NCBI GenBank assembly: GCA_964016885.1
Contig: OZ024753.1
Location: 5,208,001 to 5,272,000, forward strand
DNA from: Eledone cirrhosa
Lineage: Eukaryota
Reading direction: 5' to 3'
DNA length: 64,000 nt
Part shown: piece after piece, positions 63,481 through 64,000 of the stretch
Position numbering within the stretch: the stretch's first letter is position 1
How the letters are laid out: each line of letters begins with the position of its first letter
Program-made: the position numbers and the translations under genes
Notes under the pieces: generated by a model
What the model saw: the letters and a program-made list of their open reading frames with translations, nothing else
Told to the model about the DNA's origin: nothing
The model's database searches: none

Positions 63481-64000
63481 GTCAGTACACAAGGTGAGTT
63501 ACTGACCCATCAGATGAGCCAGGGGCCTACAACTTGATTGGGTCCTTGCACTCTACCAATTGCATTTTATCATGATACCAGAACTAGGGAGGCTGTTATG
63601 TCTTTGACACAACTGAACAGTCCTTCTAACTCTGTTTAGCAAGCTTTCTATAGCTGGATGCTCTTTTTATCACCAACCACTTTGCAGAGTGTACTGGGTA
63701 TGTTTATTACTGTGTAGATCACCAATATTTGAAGAGGTTATCATACTGTGGTCACAACTAAACAGTCCTTCTGATTTTATAAATATATACACCAGTTAAG
63801 TATCAACATATTACTATTTCAGTATGTTGTATTGCCACATTCTAACTTTTAATCAGTTTAGTTTTCATAAATCTTTTTTTTTTTTAGTTAAAAATTAAAA
63901 TCCTTACTTGAATCTTAACAAATGACTCATACCATTTGACAGATGCCAATATTTTAGTATACTTGAATTTCTTTTATAAGGGAGAAAGCTGATATTTTTT

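Noticed and set aside
63278-63493. Exon ending at aag|gtgagt
   Set aside because: Good donor, but the body is almost entirely triplet repeat and the acceptor is weak
62820-63497. Host C2H2 zinc-finger gene (225-aa ORF)
   Set aside because: Fingers lack TGEKP linkers, resemble LINE ORF2 ends and run into microsatellites; the poly-Cys part is a triplet repeat

Overview
AT-rich, repeat-dense eukaryotic DNA with no prokaryotic features. The SINE/MITE/RTE complement suggests a coleoid cephalopod such as Octopus (inference from family resemblance, not a database result). Most of the window looks like intron sequence of a large + strand gene: one convincing 139-nt internal coding exon (43979-44117, product unknown) and a few weaker exon candidates. 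The rest is transposon debris: a 5'-truncated RTE LINE with a PHD-like finger inside its RT, RTE 3' fragments, Dong/R4-like and CRE-like fragments, a fossil Ty3/Gypsy pol, two modular tRNA-derived SINE groups, four TTAA (piggyBac-like) MITE families, hAT and Tigger/pogo MITEs, decayed minimal hammerhead ribozyme motifs, and many micro/minisatellites. Nearly all ORFs in the supplied track are repeat artefacts. All alignments and translations were done by eye, so element boundaries are approximate unless a TSD or TIR is quoted. I found no single clearly new biological system; the best leads are the hammerhead motifs, the PHD-in-RT LINE with its partner SINE, and the exon with neighbouring inverted SINEs.
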